DNA of 64,000 nt, from the NCBI GenBank assembly GCA_964584745.1, contig CAZPBB010000001.1:55-64054 (forward strand), in the 5' to 3' direction. This DNA is from an uncultured Bacteroidaceae bacterium (GTDB lineage Bacteria > Bacteroidota > Bacteroidia > Bacteroidales > P3). A program made the position numbers and the translations under genes. The notes under the pieces were generated by a model, which was not told where the DNA came from, did not search any database, and worked only from the letters and a program-made list of their open reading frames with translations. This document shows, piece after piece, positions 42,169-51,316 of the stretch. The stretch's first letter is position 1. Every line of letters starts with the position of its first letter.

Positions 42169-44664
42169 TTATTTTTTCTCTTTCGCCTCCATGCCCATCT
42201 CACGGATGGCGTTCTCGATGTTGCCGCCATACTTCGCGGCTCGTTCGAACACCTGCTGTTTTTCCGTCTGCTCGGTGGTATAGGTCAGATACTCTTCCCA
42301 GCTTACTTCCGTGGCATAGACACAGCTGTGCTGCCCTCCCAGGTCGATATACACTTCCTTGTACCGGTAGGCTGGGTTCAGGTTCTGATTGATGGAGAGC
42401 ACCTGTGCTTTCTGTTTGTCCGTAAGCCCGAGCATGGACTGGATGCCGTCGAATTTGTTCATGTATTTGCGCTGGTCGAGCAGTATCTTGCAATCCGAGT
42501 TGTTGATGATGGATTCCTTGACGATGGGCGAGGACAGGATGTCCTCCACTTCCTGTGTCACGACCACCGCCTCTCCGAAGTGCTTGCGGACAGTCTTGAA
42601 CAAGTATTTAATGAAGTCGGCCATGCCGCTCTTGGCGATGGCTTTCCAGGCCTCTTCAATCAAAATCATCTTGCGGATGCCGGTGAGCTTGCGCATCTTG
42701 TTGATGAAGGCCTCCATAATGATGATGGTGACCACAGGGAAGAGGATCTTGTGGTCCTTGATGTTGTCGAGCTCGAACACGACAAACCGCTTAGTAAGCA
42801 GGTCGAGGTTGTCGGTGGCGTTCAGAAGATAGTCGTATTGGCCGCCTCGGTAATAGGGGCGCAGCACGAGGAGGAAGTTCGTCAGGTCGAACTCCTTTTC
42901 CCGGACACCGGCGTTTTTCAGTTTGGCGTCGAATTCGGTCTCCAGATATTCGTAGAAGTGGTTGAAGGACGGCTCTATCGTCGGGTCGTTCTCGATCAGG
43001 CGGGTATAGTCATACACGGCTTCCGACACCTTCGTTTCCTCGCTCCGTGTGATATACTCGTCTTCTTTCTTCCATAGAGTGAGCAGCAGGGTGGCGATGG
43101 ATTCCCTCTTCTCCACGTCAAATTTGCGGTCGTCGGTAAAGAAGGGGTTGAACGTAATCGGCTTTTCTTCTGTATAGGTATAATAGATGCCGTCTTCGCC
43201 GCCGGTCTTCTGCTGTACCCACTGGCATAGGCCCAGATAACTGTTTCCGGTGTCGACCATGATGATGTGCGTGCCTTGTTCCCAATACTGGCGTACCAGA
43301 TGGTTTGTAAAGAAGGATTTTCCCGAACCGGAGGGTCCCAGAACGAACTTGTTTCGGTTGGTGGTGATGCCGCGCTTCATGGGCTCATCGGAGATGTCCA
43401 CGTGCAGGGGCACATTGGAGAAGCGGTCCACGAGCTTGATGCCGAAAGGCGAATCCGAAGAGACGTAATTCGTCTCGCTGTTGAAGAAACAGGTGGCGCT
43501 CTCGGCGAACTGGATAAAGGTGTCTTCGGACGGGAAGTCCGCTCCGTTGCCGGGCACGCCCGACCAGAAGAAGACCGGAGCGTCGGCGGTGATCTGCCGG
43601 GGGCGCACGTCCATCAACGACAGGGCGGCCGCCACGTCGTTGCGCAGCTGGTCGTAGTTATCTTCCGTGTCCCAGGCCACGACGTTCATATGCGCCCGGC
43701 AGGGCAACATGCTTTCCTCGTGATACAGAGACAGGAAGTCTTCGATATACTGGGCGTTGATGGTGTTCTCGCGCGAGAGCTTGGACAGCGACTGCATCTG
43801 CTTGCTCCGCTGGGCGAGTTTGTGGGTCATTTCCTTTACGTCGTCGACGAAGATATACTGGTTGTAGATGTGGCTGTGCCCCAACAGCTGCCCGATGGGA
43901 GCCGAGTAACTCAGGTGGCAGTCCGAGCGGTCGGTCGACAGGGCATCGTGCCGCCGGGTCGGGGATACCTGCATGGGCAGGTCGTCCACGTCGGAGATGG
44001 CATACACGCAGGCACGCAGGGTCCCGTGTGTGATGCTGTCGGGCTTCAGTTCGTAGTCCGCCACCGCGGGTGTGGATTCGAAGAAGTTGAAATATCGGTC
44101 CAACAGACCCTCATGGCTGTCGTCGCCCAGCAGGTCGGTTTCTGTCAGGCGGCGGATGGTGACAAAGGAGGATGCTTCGAGGATGGCGCGGAACTGGTTT
44201 ACGGCTTCCATGAACTGGCTCAGCGTGGTTTCGTTGTGGATTTCGGCCGGGACAAGCCTTCCCCGGCAGAGGGAGGTGAACAGCGACCGCTTGCGGCTGT
44301 TCTGCTTGCAGGTCTTGGTCAGGTACAGATAACAGCGGTGCGACAGATGCGGCCGTTCGGCGAAATGCAACTGGAAGCTTTTGTTGAGGAACGACAGCTC
44401 CTCCATGTTGGGATTGGGTTTATACTTTTCCTGAATATATACGTCCTGCTTGTGCAGCACGCAGTATTCGGGCAGCCCTTTGATGGCTTTCACCCACGCA
44501 TCGTGCAGGTTCCAGTATTCCTGTTCGGTCAGGGTGAAGATTTCCGGCAGCTGCAATTCGAACGCCACGGTATAATCGCCCTGTTTGGAGAGGATGCAGT
44601 CATTCTCGATGGCAAGAATCGGGTTGAGCCGTTCCAGGGTGGAGGTGGATGCGCTGTTTATCAT
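42169..44664 (-). CDS. traG: TraG-family conjugative transposon ATPase (VirB4-like)
   Basis: 831 aa. Walker A GPSGSGKSFFTNHL. ATGA overlap with the traF stop. Confidence 0.95.
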   Translation of the reverse strand: MINSASTSTLERLNPILAIENDCILSKQGDYTVAFELQLPEIFTLTEQEYWNLHDAWVKAIKGLPEYCVLHKQDVYIQEKYKPNPNMEELSFLNKSFQLHFAERPHLSHRCYLYLTKTCKQNSRKRSLFTSLCRGRLVPAEIHNETTLSQFMEAVNQFRAILEASSFVTIRRLTETDLLGDDSHEGLLDRYFNFFESTPAVADYELKPDSITHGTLRACVYAISDVDDLPMQVSPTRRHDALSTDRSDCHLSYSAPIGQLLGHSHIYNQYIFVDDVKEMTHKLAQRSKQMQSLSKLSRENTINAQYIEDFLSLYHEESMLPCRAHMNVVAWDTEDNYDQLRNDVAAALSLMDVRPRQITADAPVFFWSGVPGNGADFPSEDTFIQFAESATCFFNSETNYVSSDSPFGIKLVDRFSNVPLHVDISDEPMKRGITTNRNKFVLGPSGSGKSFFTNHLVRQYWEQGTHIIMVDTGNSYLGLCQWVQQKTGGEDGIYYTYTEEKPITFNPFFTDDRKFDVEKRESIATLLLTLWKKEDEYITRSEETKVSEAVYDYTRLIENDPTIEPSFNHFYEYLETEFDAKLKNAGVREKEFDLTNFLLVLRPYYRGGQYDYLLNATDNLDLLTKRFVVFELDNIKDHKILFPVVTIIIMEAFINKMRKLTGIRKMILIEEAWKAIAKSGMADFIKYLFKTVRKHFGEAVVVTQEVEDILSSPIVKESIINNSDCKILLDQRKYMNKFDGIQSMLGLTDKQKAQVLSINQNLNPAYRYKEVYIDLGGQHSCVYATEVSWEEYLTYTTEQTEKQQVFERAAKYGGNIENAIREMGMEAKEKK

Positions 44665-44984
44665 GCTTTCTTGGATTGGAGGAGGGTGCGGAAAGTGCGG
44701 CGGTGCAGGATGAATCGAGGCAGGCTTCGCGAAGCCTGCATCTTTTCCAGCCCGAACCGCCCGTACTTCTTGCTCATCTTATAGATGTAGCCGATACCGA
44801 TAAAGCCGCCGCCACCCACGATAGCCACGATGATATAGACCGGAGCCCCGGCGAACTGGAGGATGAAGAAAAGCAAGAACAACGATACCCCAACCATCAA
44901 AAGGTATTTGATGTACTGTGCTTTGAGCCCCTTGAACTCCACGGTCTTGCCGGTGCCCCGGTTGATGCTGTAATAGGCTATCAT
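44661..44984 (-). CDS. traF: TraF (DUF4133, VirB3-like) membrane protein
   Basis: 107 aa, two TM helices, position between traE and traG. Confidence 0.75.
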   Translation of the reverse strand: MIAYYSINRGTGKTVEFKGLKAQYIKYLLMVGVSLFLLFFILQFAGAPVYIIVAIVGGGGFIGIGYIYKMSKKYGRFGLEKMQASRSLPRFILHRRTFRTLLQSKKA

Positions 44985-45000
44985 GGCGGTGGCGATGAGG

Positions 45001-45312
45001 CTAAAGGAAGAACGCCTTGATGACGATACCGATGGCCAGGCTCACGAACATGATGCCTCCGAACCAGCCGCCGATGGTCTTGGCCGCCTGCTGGTCTCCC
45101 GCCTGGATCTTGGCGAATACCATGATGACACCCACGATGGCCATGACCCCGGCGATAACGAGAGCCAGGTTCGACACCGTGTCGAAGATGCCGGTGAGTT
45201 CCGAGTTCACTTTGGTCAACGCGCTCTTGGCCTGCGAGCCGCTCTGCGCCCACGAGAATGCCGGTAAGGCGGCTATGGCCGCCACGGCGAAGAATTTCAT
45301 TCTTGTTTTCAT
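45001..45312 (-). CDS. traE: TraE (DUF4134, VirB2/pilin-like) membrane protein
   Basis: 103 aa. Signal peptide ends in SWAQ, followed by two hydrophobic helices. Confidence 0.75.
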   Translation of the reverse strand: MKTRMKFFAVAAIAALPAFSWAQSGSQAKSALTKVNSELTGIFDTVSNLALVIAGVMAIVGVIMVFAKIQAGDQQAAKTIGGWFGGIMFVSLAIGIVIKAFFL

Positions 45313-45324
45313 TCTATTTGATTT

Positions 45325-46077
45325 TTAAAAGTTGTTTAAAAAGTCATTCATCATGTCGGGAGAGGCTTCCGCCGCTTCCGTTCCTTTTCCCTCCCGGCCT
45401 TCTTCCTCCGCGCCGCTTTCCGCAGTGTCCGTTTCGACCTTGTTTTCTGCCTCCATGCCCGTGGCATCCAACGGTGCTTCTTCTGGCAACGGTTCGGGAA
45501 ACGGCGGCAGCGGATACTTCGCCAGGATCTCCTGAGTGCGCAGACGGGCATCCTCCCGGAGCGCGTTGAATACCTCGTAGGTCTGCAAGGAATGCAGTTC
45601 ATCGGCGATACGCCGGTCTTCCGCTTCGGAACGGAACGGCTCGCGCAGGTCGTGTTCCACTTCCTGCAGTTGTTTTTCCTCGAGGAGGCTCTGTTGCATG
45701 TCGGCTTCTTCGAAAGCCCATTCATCCGGATCCTCTTCATCGGCAGGCACCACTTCCATGCTGCTTGGCTCGGCCGCCATGTAGAATGGAAGTTCCTCCG
45801 CTGTCTCTTCCGCCGTCGGGATAGACGGCGGCACGGAAGCCACCGCCACGGGCTCCGGTGTCATAGGCTCCGCCGGTTCCGGCAAAGGTTTGGCGGCTTT
45901 CGCCACCGACGACTGTTTGGACGCGCCCAGACAATCCTCGATATTGATTTCTCCGCTTTCGGAAACGCCTCTCTTTCGGCTGCCGCTTCCGGCTATCTCC
46001 TTTCGGAAATAGTAGAGCGTGAACGGTATCCACACCAGGATGGCGAGAAGGACAATCAGGCTATTGCTCATGGTCAT
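45325..46077 (-). CDS. hypothetical membrane-anchored acidic protein (TraC/TraD position)
   Basis: 250 aa. N-terminal TM helix, then a very acidic Glu/Pro/Ala-rich region. Confidence 0.55.
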   Translation of the reverse strand: MTMSNSLIVLLAILVWIPFTLYYFRKEIAGSGSRKRGVSESGEINIEDCLGASKQSSVAKAAKPLPEPAEPMTPEPVAVASVPPSIPTAEETAEELPFYMAAEPSSMEVVPADEEDPDEWAFEEADMQQSLLEEKQLQEVEHDLREPFRSEAEDRRIADELHSLQTYEVFNALREDARLRTQEILAKYPLPPFPEPLPEEAPLDATGMEAENKVETDTAESGAEEEGREGKGTEAAEASPDMMNDFLNNF

Positions 46078-46555
46078 CGTCTTTATCGCGTTCTTCCCAG
46101 CTCAGGGCCGGGCGGGTCAGGGTCTTCAACAGGCCGGCGTAGGTGTCGATATGATGGCGCAGCACATTGTTGAGCAAAGTGGTGAGCGTGATGCCGGTGC
46201 ACGTGGCGATAAACTTGAGGTCGAGGCTGTTGCGCCGGGAGAGCTGCACCCGCAGGCCGCCCATTTCCTCCTCTTTGTTGCGGGTCAGGAATTGGGTGCG
46301 GTAAGCCTCGAAATCCGCCGCCTTGGAGGGCTTGCCTGTGAGCGTAGTCTGTCGTGCCTCTTCTCTCCGTGGCCGTCCCCGTTGTTTTACCGTAACCGGC
46401 GGTGTCGGTTCCGGTCGGGACACGGGCATGGGCTCCGGGAGCGGGGCGGGTTCGGCGGGAACGTCCGGCAGGGGCTGTATGGCGGAGCGGTTCATCTTGG
46501 CCAGCAGGGCCTCCATGCTGTTATGGCTGTTATGGACTATCGGTTGATTTGACAT
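46061..46555 (-). CDS. DUF3408-like protein (TraB/TraC position)
   Basis: The C-terminal pattern FEAYRTQFL...LRVQLSRRNSLDLKFIATCTGITLTTLLNNVLRHHIDTY is typical of DUF3408. ATG at 46555, with an alternative at 46516. Confidence 0.65.
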   Translation of the reverse strand: MSNQPIVHNSHNSMEALLAKMNRSAIQPLPDVPAEPAPLPEPMPVSRPEPTPPVTVKQRGRPRREEARQTTLTGKPSKAADFEAYRTQFLTRNKEEEMGGLRVQLSRRNSLDLKFIATCTGITLTTLLNNVLRHHIDTYAGLLKTLTRPALSWEERDKDDDHEQ

Positions 46556-47301
46556 ATCGACAGGATTTCGTGGGTGAGGGAGCTGATATGGAGCTCGCTG
46601 GCCGCTCCGGGTGTCATCGGCAGGAGCGTGCTGCGATAGACGGCGTTGCCGTCGAGGGTCTCTTTGGAGAACTTCACTGATTTGGGAATCCACGTGTCGA
46701 GGAACACCATGCCGGCATCGGCGAAGGCCTCGCGGTATTGGCCGAGGATTTTGTCCTGTTTGGTGCGGGCGTCCATCTGGTTGAGGAAGTAGTGCACCTC
46801 CTTGAGTTTGCAGCGGTCGGCGAATTTCTCCTGTAGCTGTTGCAGCAGGAAATGGAACGACAGGGTGCTTTCGATCACGACCCGGTCGGGCGTGACGGGC
46901 ACGAAGAAATATTCCACGTCGAGCAGGGTTTCCAAGGTATCCTGTTGGTTCACGCTGCCGGGCAGGTCTATCAGGATGATATCCAGGCCGGCGGTGGGGA
47001 TGTTCGACAGGATGGCGGCGGCCGTGGCGTTGTGCGGCTCCGTGCCGGTGCGGAAGATGGGATAGGTGCCGAAGTCGTGTTTGGCGTAGAAGTTACGGCA
47101 CAAATCGGAGAGGGCAGGTAGCGAGGACAAGGCTTTCTCCTCTCTGTCGCGCAGACCGTAAAGGCTGAGCTGGGGAAAGTCGGCGTCGATGGCCAGGCAG
47201 CGCAAGGCGTGCACATAATGTAGTTGTCCTGCCACCATGCCCGTGAGCGTGGTTTTGCCCACGCCTCCTTTTTGTGTTGCGATGGATATGGTGATTGGCA
47301 T
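46537..47301 (-). CDS. traA: ParA-family ATPase TraA
   Basis: ATG at 47301 (MPITISIATQKGGVGKTT), with a deviant Walker A. First gene of the tra operon. Confidence 0.9.
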   Translation of the reverse strand: MPITISIATQKGGVGKTTLTGMVAGQLHYVHALRCLAIDADFPQLSLYGLRDREEKALSSLPALSDLCRNFYAKHDFGTYPIFRTGTEPHNATAAAILSNIPTAGLDIILIDLPGSVNQQDTLETLLDVEYFFVPVTPDRVVIESTLSFHFLLQQLQEKFADRCKLKEVHYFLNQMDARTKQDKILGQYREAFADAGMVFLDTWIPKSVKFSKETLDGNAVYRSTLLPMTPGAASELHISSLTHEILSICQINR

Positions 47302-47325
47302 AGTCAATCCGTTGTTATTTTGATG

Positions 47326-47333
47326 CAAACATA
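47326..47333 (-). promoter_or_regulatory. candidate -7 promoter box for the tra operon
   Basis: CAAACATA on the plus strand equals TATGTTTG on the minus strand, 25 nt upstream of the traA ATG. Confidence 0.35.
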
Positions 47334-47629
47334 AATGATTATTTTTAAATAATCGAAATTTTTAAAATTTGTATCTTTGCAAAACATTACAAGATTTTCA
47401 CTGATTTTACATCTTGTGAAAAATGATGCTTGTATAATGTTGTTTTTCAGTTGTAAAATTTTTTTAAGGTGATTGTTGATTTTTTGCCATATGTACGGAA
47501 TGACAATGTGTTATTTGTTCGCAAATCCGTATGGATTTTCATCCGTATGGCGATATGTCCATACGTACATCCGTCCGTATGTACACACGGACGGAATACC
47601 GAAATACAAGGAACCTTTAAAGCGAAATA

Positions 47630-48916
47630 ATGAACCTGCTGTATATAGACCTTTTCTGTGGTGCCGGCGGTACGAGCACAGGTGTTGAATCCGCCCGTGT
47701 GAACGGAGAGAAGTGTGCCAAAGTGGTGGCTTGTGTCAACCACGATGCCAACGCTATCGCCAGCCATGCGGCCAACCACCCCGATGCGATGCACTTCATC
47801 GAAGACGTGAGGACGTTGGATCTTAAACCTATCGCCGAGCGGTTGCGCTTGGCCAAGTCGTTTACTCCCGATGCCAAGGTGGTGCTGTGGGCCTCACTCG
47901 AATGCACCAATTTCAGTAGGGCAAAAGGTGGGCAACCGCGTGATCCGGACAGCCGCACGTTGGCCGAACACCTGTTCCGATATATCGAGGTTCTACGCCC
48001 GGATTATCTGCAAATTGAAAATGTGGAGGAATTCATGTCTTGGGGCGATATGGACACACAGGGCAAACCTGTCTCCAAAGACAAAGGGAAGTGTTACGTG
48101 CGTTGGTGTAATCGGGTGATGCGGTATGGTTACGATTTCGAGTACCGTATCCTTAATGCCGCGGATTATGGCGCTTATACGAGCCGCAAACGTTTCTTCG
48201 GGTGTTTTGCCAAGCATGGGCTTCCTATCGTGTGGCCGACCCCAACACATTGCAGACACGGAATCGACAATGGTCTTTTCGGTTCCGTGCCGGCGTGGAA
48301 GCCTGTCAGAGACGTGCTCGATTTCAATGACAGAGGGAAGAGTATTTTCGGCCGCAAGAAGCCTTTATCCGAAAAGACGTTGGAACGCATCTACGAAGGC
48401 TTGCTCAAGTTCGTTCCTGAGGGGAAACAGGCGTTTCTGTCCAAGCAGTATTCCGGGCACCCGTCAAGTAAGAACATCTCCATCGACGAACCGGCCGGTA
48501 CCATCACGACGAAAGACCACCACGCATTCATATTCATTCAGTACGGGAACGGGTATTGTCGGTCGTGCGATATGCCGGCCTCGACCATCACCACGAAACC
48601 CAAGCATTCGCTCGTCACCTGTATGTATTCGTGGAATGCCCAGGTGGTGATCAACGACACGGATAGTTATATGACAAAGAAAATCAAATCCTATATGTTG
48701 CTCCACAATATAATCGACATCCTGATGCGTATGTTCCGCGAATCGGAATTGAAACGCATCATGGGTTTTTCAGAAAACTATGTGTTGTGCGGAACGCAGG
48801 TCGAACGGAACAAGTATATCGGTAACGCGGTGCCTGTCGTCATGGTCAGTGCCATGTGCGAGACGTTGAGCAGCCGCCTGTCGGAGTTCGGACAGCGGGC
48901 TGCTGTCGCGATATAA
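47630..48916 (+). CDS. DNA (cytosine-5)-methyltransferase, orphan (no cognate endonuclease seen)
   Basis: Motif I DLFCGAGG. Catalytic region SLECTNFS (ECT variant of PCQ). ENV motif QIENVEEF. RKRFF. C-terminal GNAVPV. Confidence 0.9.
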   Translation: MNLLYIDLFCGAGGTSTGVESARVNGEKCAKVVACVNHDANAIASHAANHPDAMHFIEDVRTLDLKPIAERLRLAKSFTPDAKVVLWASLECTNFSRAKGGQPRDPDSRTLAEHLFRYIEVLRPDYLQIENVEEFMSWGDMDTQGKPVSKDKGKCYVRWCNRVMRYGYDFEYRILNAADYGAYTSRKRFFGCFAKHGLPIVWPTPTHCRHGIDNGLFGSVPAWKPVRDVLDFNDRGKSIFGRKKPLSEKTLERIYEGLLKFVPEGKQAFLSKQYSGHPSSKNISIDEPAGTITTKDHHAFIFIQYGNGYCRSCDMPASTITTKPKHSLVTCMYSWNAQVVINDTDSYMTKKIKSYMLLHNIIDILMRMFRESELKRIMGFSENYVLCGTQVERNKYIGNAVPVVMVSAMCETLSSRLSEFGQRAAVAI

Positions 48917-48932
48917 GAAAAGATAGAGAACG

Positions 48933-49562
48933 ATGATTCCATTGAGTGAGATAAACCGTCGGTTCAACGAGCAGTTGCGGCGGCAGGCGAATGGGCTTTT
49001 GCCCGGTGGATATATCTATCGGCTGGGCAGACCCGGCGGCATCCTGCAGAGTGCCGGCATTCCCGATTTGCCGATTGAAATGGCTTCCGCCCGTTTGTTG
49101 CATAAATCGAACCAGGAGAACCATCCGTTCGATTTGTCTGAAGTGGAGAACCTGCCGCAGGCCATACAGAACCCGTTGGCGGTGTTCCGCAGTGCCACCC
49201 ATATCGGGAGCAATGTCATCCTTACGGAGTTGCGTCAAAGGGACAAGAACTTCGTGGTGGCTTTGCAGACCAACCGGCAGGAAGGTAAGGTCTTTGTTAA
49301 CAGTGTGCGGAGTGTACATCCACGTCATATGACGAATATTCTTTATTGGATAAATATGGGACTGATGGATTATGCGGATAAGATGAGATTGCCGCAATGG
49401 TTGCAGGAAAAGAAAGAGCCGAGAAACTTTCTAAACAGCAGTATCCCCGCTGACGTTAGAAAGTCGCTCGACTCCGCGGCAAAGATAGTGCAAAATTTTA
49501 AAAACCCGGAAATCATCGTCCGGCAGCGCAAGGTGAAGCGTGTGCGCGGACGGGGATTGTAA
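48933..49562 (+). CDS. stand-alone copy of a polyvalent-protein-type N-terminal domain
   Basis: 209 aa. The N-terminal about 150 aa are clearly homologous to the N-terminus of 59402-61414 (INRRFNEQL..G.IY.LG.PG.IL..AG.PD.PIEMA..RL..K....HPF....V..L...NPLAVF). Confidence 0.65.
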   Translation: MIPLSEINRRFNEQLRRQANGLLPGGYIYRLGRPGGILQSAGIPDLPIEMASARLLHKSNQENHPFDLSEVENLPQAIQNPLAVFRSATHIGSNVILTELRQRDKNFVVALQTNRQEGKVFVNSVRSVHPRHMTNILYWINMGLMDYADKMRLPQWLQEKKEPRNFLNSSIPADVRKSLDSAAKIVQNFKNPEIIVRQRKVKRVRGRGL

Positions 49563-49693
49563 CTTTTCTTTCCATGCCGACCTGGACACAGATACAACCC
49601 TATGTATATACAGCCATATGGACGAATGTGCGGATGTACAAACGTCCGTATGGCAATATGGTTTTTTGTACAAATAATTAAAACACTTATACG

Positions 49694-50416
49694 ATGAAAA
49701 AGTATGAATTGACAGATGAAACCATGACGTTGGGAGAAAGAACACTGTACCGCATCAGGGCATTGCGTGACTTTGCAGACGTGAAAACCGGAGACTTGGG
49801 CGGTTGGATTGAGAAAGAGGAAAATCTTTCTCAGGTTGGGGATTGTTGGGTTGGCGAAGAATCTATGGTATACGAAGATGCCATAGTTTGTAATGATGCT
49901 CAGATTTCCGAACGGGCACAGATTTTTGGCAGAGCTAGGATAATAGATATGGCTGCTGTGAGAGATGAGGCGAAAGTGTATGATTATGCGATTGTTAGCG
50001 GTGAGGCTGAAGTAAGGAATAATGCCAAGGTGTACGGTAGAAGTCATCTGTACGAGAAAGCCTTTGTAATAAACAATGCAGAGGTTTTTGATTCTGTCAG
50101 CGTGGGTGGAGCGATGAATATTGGTGATAGATCTAGATTGTGTGGTAAAGTAAATCTGTATGGTATTGGTCGCATATATGGAGATGCCGTGGTGAAAGAG
50201 CCATCTGACTATATGATTTTCAGAGAATGGTGGAAGAATGAGGACATAGATATTACATGGACGCGATCCAACAATATGTGGACTGTGGAAGATGGCTTTC
50301 ATGGTACAGCAGAGGAACTGATTAAGAAGGCCTATGAGGATTGTGAGAAATCAGGACGTGAATACGAGCGGATAGTCAATTATGTCAATGCAATATTGCA
50401 GGAGGACGAACGATGA
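49694..50416 (+). CDS. YdcK-like left-handed beta-helix protein
   Basis: LYRIRALRDFADVKTGDLGGWIEKEENLSQVGDCWV is followed by about 8 hexapeptide-like turns. It resembles E. coli YdcK as I remember it. Confidence 0.65.
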   Translation: MKKYELTDETMTLGERTLYRIRALRDFADVKTGDLGGWIEKEENLSQVGDCWVGEESMVYEDAIVCNDAQISERAQIFGRARIIDMAAVRDEAKVYDYAIVSGEAEVRNNAKVYGRSHLYEKAFVINNAEVFDSVSVGGAMNIGDRSRLCGKVNLYGIGRIYGDAVVKEPSDYMIFREWWKNEDIDITWTRSNNMWTVEDGFHGTAEELIKKAYEDCEKSGREYERIVNYVNAILQEDER

Positions 50417-50894
50417 ACCACACCTGGGGCACTCTTCTTTCCACGTCCAAACGTCCGTATGGCGATATGGCTTTTTGTACAAATGGCAGAATGTACAAAT
50501 GTACGGATGTACATACGGCTGTATATCCATTCAGCCGTATGTGCGTACAACCCAATGGCTTTACAGCCAAAAGGCAAGACGGCATAATGTACACAAGGAC
50601 TTTTGTACATACGGCATATTGTCCATTTATCCGTATGGCCATACGGCCTAATGGATGCACGGCAGAACGGCCATTCGGCTTTTCAGCCGTACGGCCATAT
50701 GGCCCAATGGCTCACGACATAGAAAGTCGTACACGCAAAAAAAACGGCAAGATGTGTTTTTGTACGTACAAATTGCCATTTGCCCGTACAAAAACCACTT
50801 GCCACCTCAGGCCGGTGGCGGCCGAAACGATTGCTCCCAAGTCGCAATCGGACGGAATAAAGGATGAAAAACCCCATTTAAAACGCTATAAAAA
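50417..50894. promoter_or_regulatory. 478-bp non-coding block dense in GTAC / CCGTATGG-type short palindromes (candidate oriT or operator region upstream of the mob operon)
   Basis: Perfect palindromes CCGTATGGCCATACGG (50631-50646) and GGCCATATGGCC (50693-50704). More than 10 GTAC cores. The conserved box at 50450-50484 is shared with 49641-49675. Confidence 0.5.
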
Positions 50895-51107
50895 ATGACA
50901 GCAGAAAAAGAAGATGTGCTCGGTTTTTTGCGCAATTGGCGCACACCGGGAGAATTGAAAAACCGCTTCGGAATACAAAATCCGGAGGCGTATTTTTCTC
51001 AAATGGAAGCGGATGGTTTCGGTATGAAAAAAGAAAAACGCGAGGTGGGCTTGTTTCAGGTTCTTTGCTACAAGTGGGACGGAACTTGGAAGAAAATAGC
51101 GAAATGA
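50895..51107 (+). CDS. hypothetical small protein
   Basis: 70 aa with an ATG start, upstream of the mob genes on the same strand. Confidence 0.45.
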   Translation: MTAEKEDVLGFLRNWRTPGELKNRFGIQNPEAYFSQMEADGFGMKKEKREVGLFQVLCYKWDGTWKKIAK

Positions 51108-51126
51108 CAATCTAAAAATAGCGGTG

Positions 51127-51315
51127 ATGATTAAGATACTGGAAGCGACCATTGTCAAAAACGGCAAGCCGTTTATGTCGTTCAATGTGGATGAGGAAAT
51201 CAAGGTGGAGAAGTTGGAAGACTACAGGCGGCGTATCAAAAGCCGGTATATACGGCATGTAAAGCCGGCTACGGATGAAATCCAAGTTGATTTACGCTAT
51301 AAAAGAATGGTATAG
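51127..51315 (+). CDS. hypothetical small protein
   Basis: ATG at 51127 (the track start at 51124 is GTG). Its stop is 1 nt before the mobA ATG. Confidence 0.45.
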   Translation: MIKILEATIVKNGKPFMSFNVDEEIKVEKLEDYRRRIKSRYIRHVKPATDEIQVDLRYKRMV

Positions 51316-51316
51316 G

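Noticed and set aside
35803-44784. Long plus-strand ORFs (389, 286, 404 and 505 aa) opposite traN, traM, the traI-like gene and traG
   Set aside because: They are antisense to tra genes that have clear motifs (for example the Walker A of TraG). They are interpreted as shadow ORFs.
49370-50302. 310-aa minus-strand ORF
   Set aside because: It is antisense to the YdcK-like beta-helix gene. Its translation is Ile/His/Phe-rich and without motifs.
47470-50894. CRISPR array as the explanation for the recurring boxes
   Set aside because: The repeats are irregular in length and spacing, are partly palindromic 8-16-mers, and are spread over three separate intergenic regions with no cas genes. This is not CRISPR-like.
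50380-50898. Several 64-161-aa ORFs on both strands in the palindrome-rich block
   Set aside because: All frames give repetitive Tyr/Gly/Arg/Cys/Thr-rich peptides that simply mirror the GTAC/CCGTATGG DNA repeats. The block is treated as non-coding regulatory or oriT DNA.
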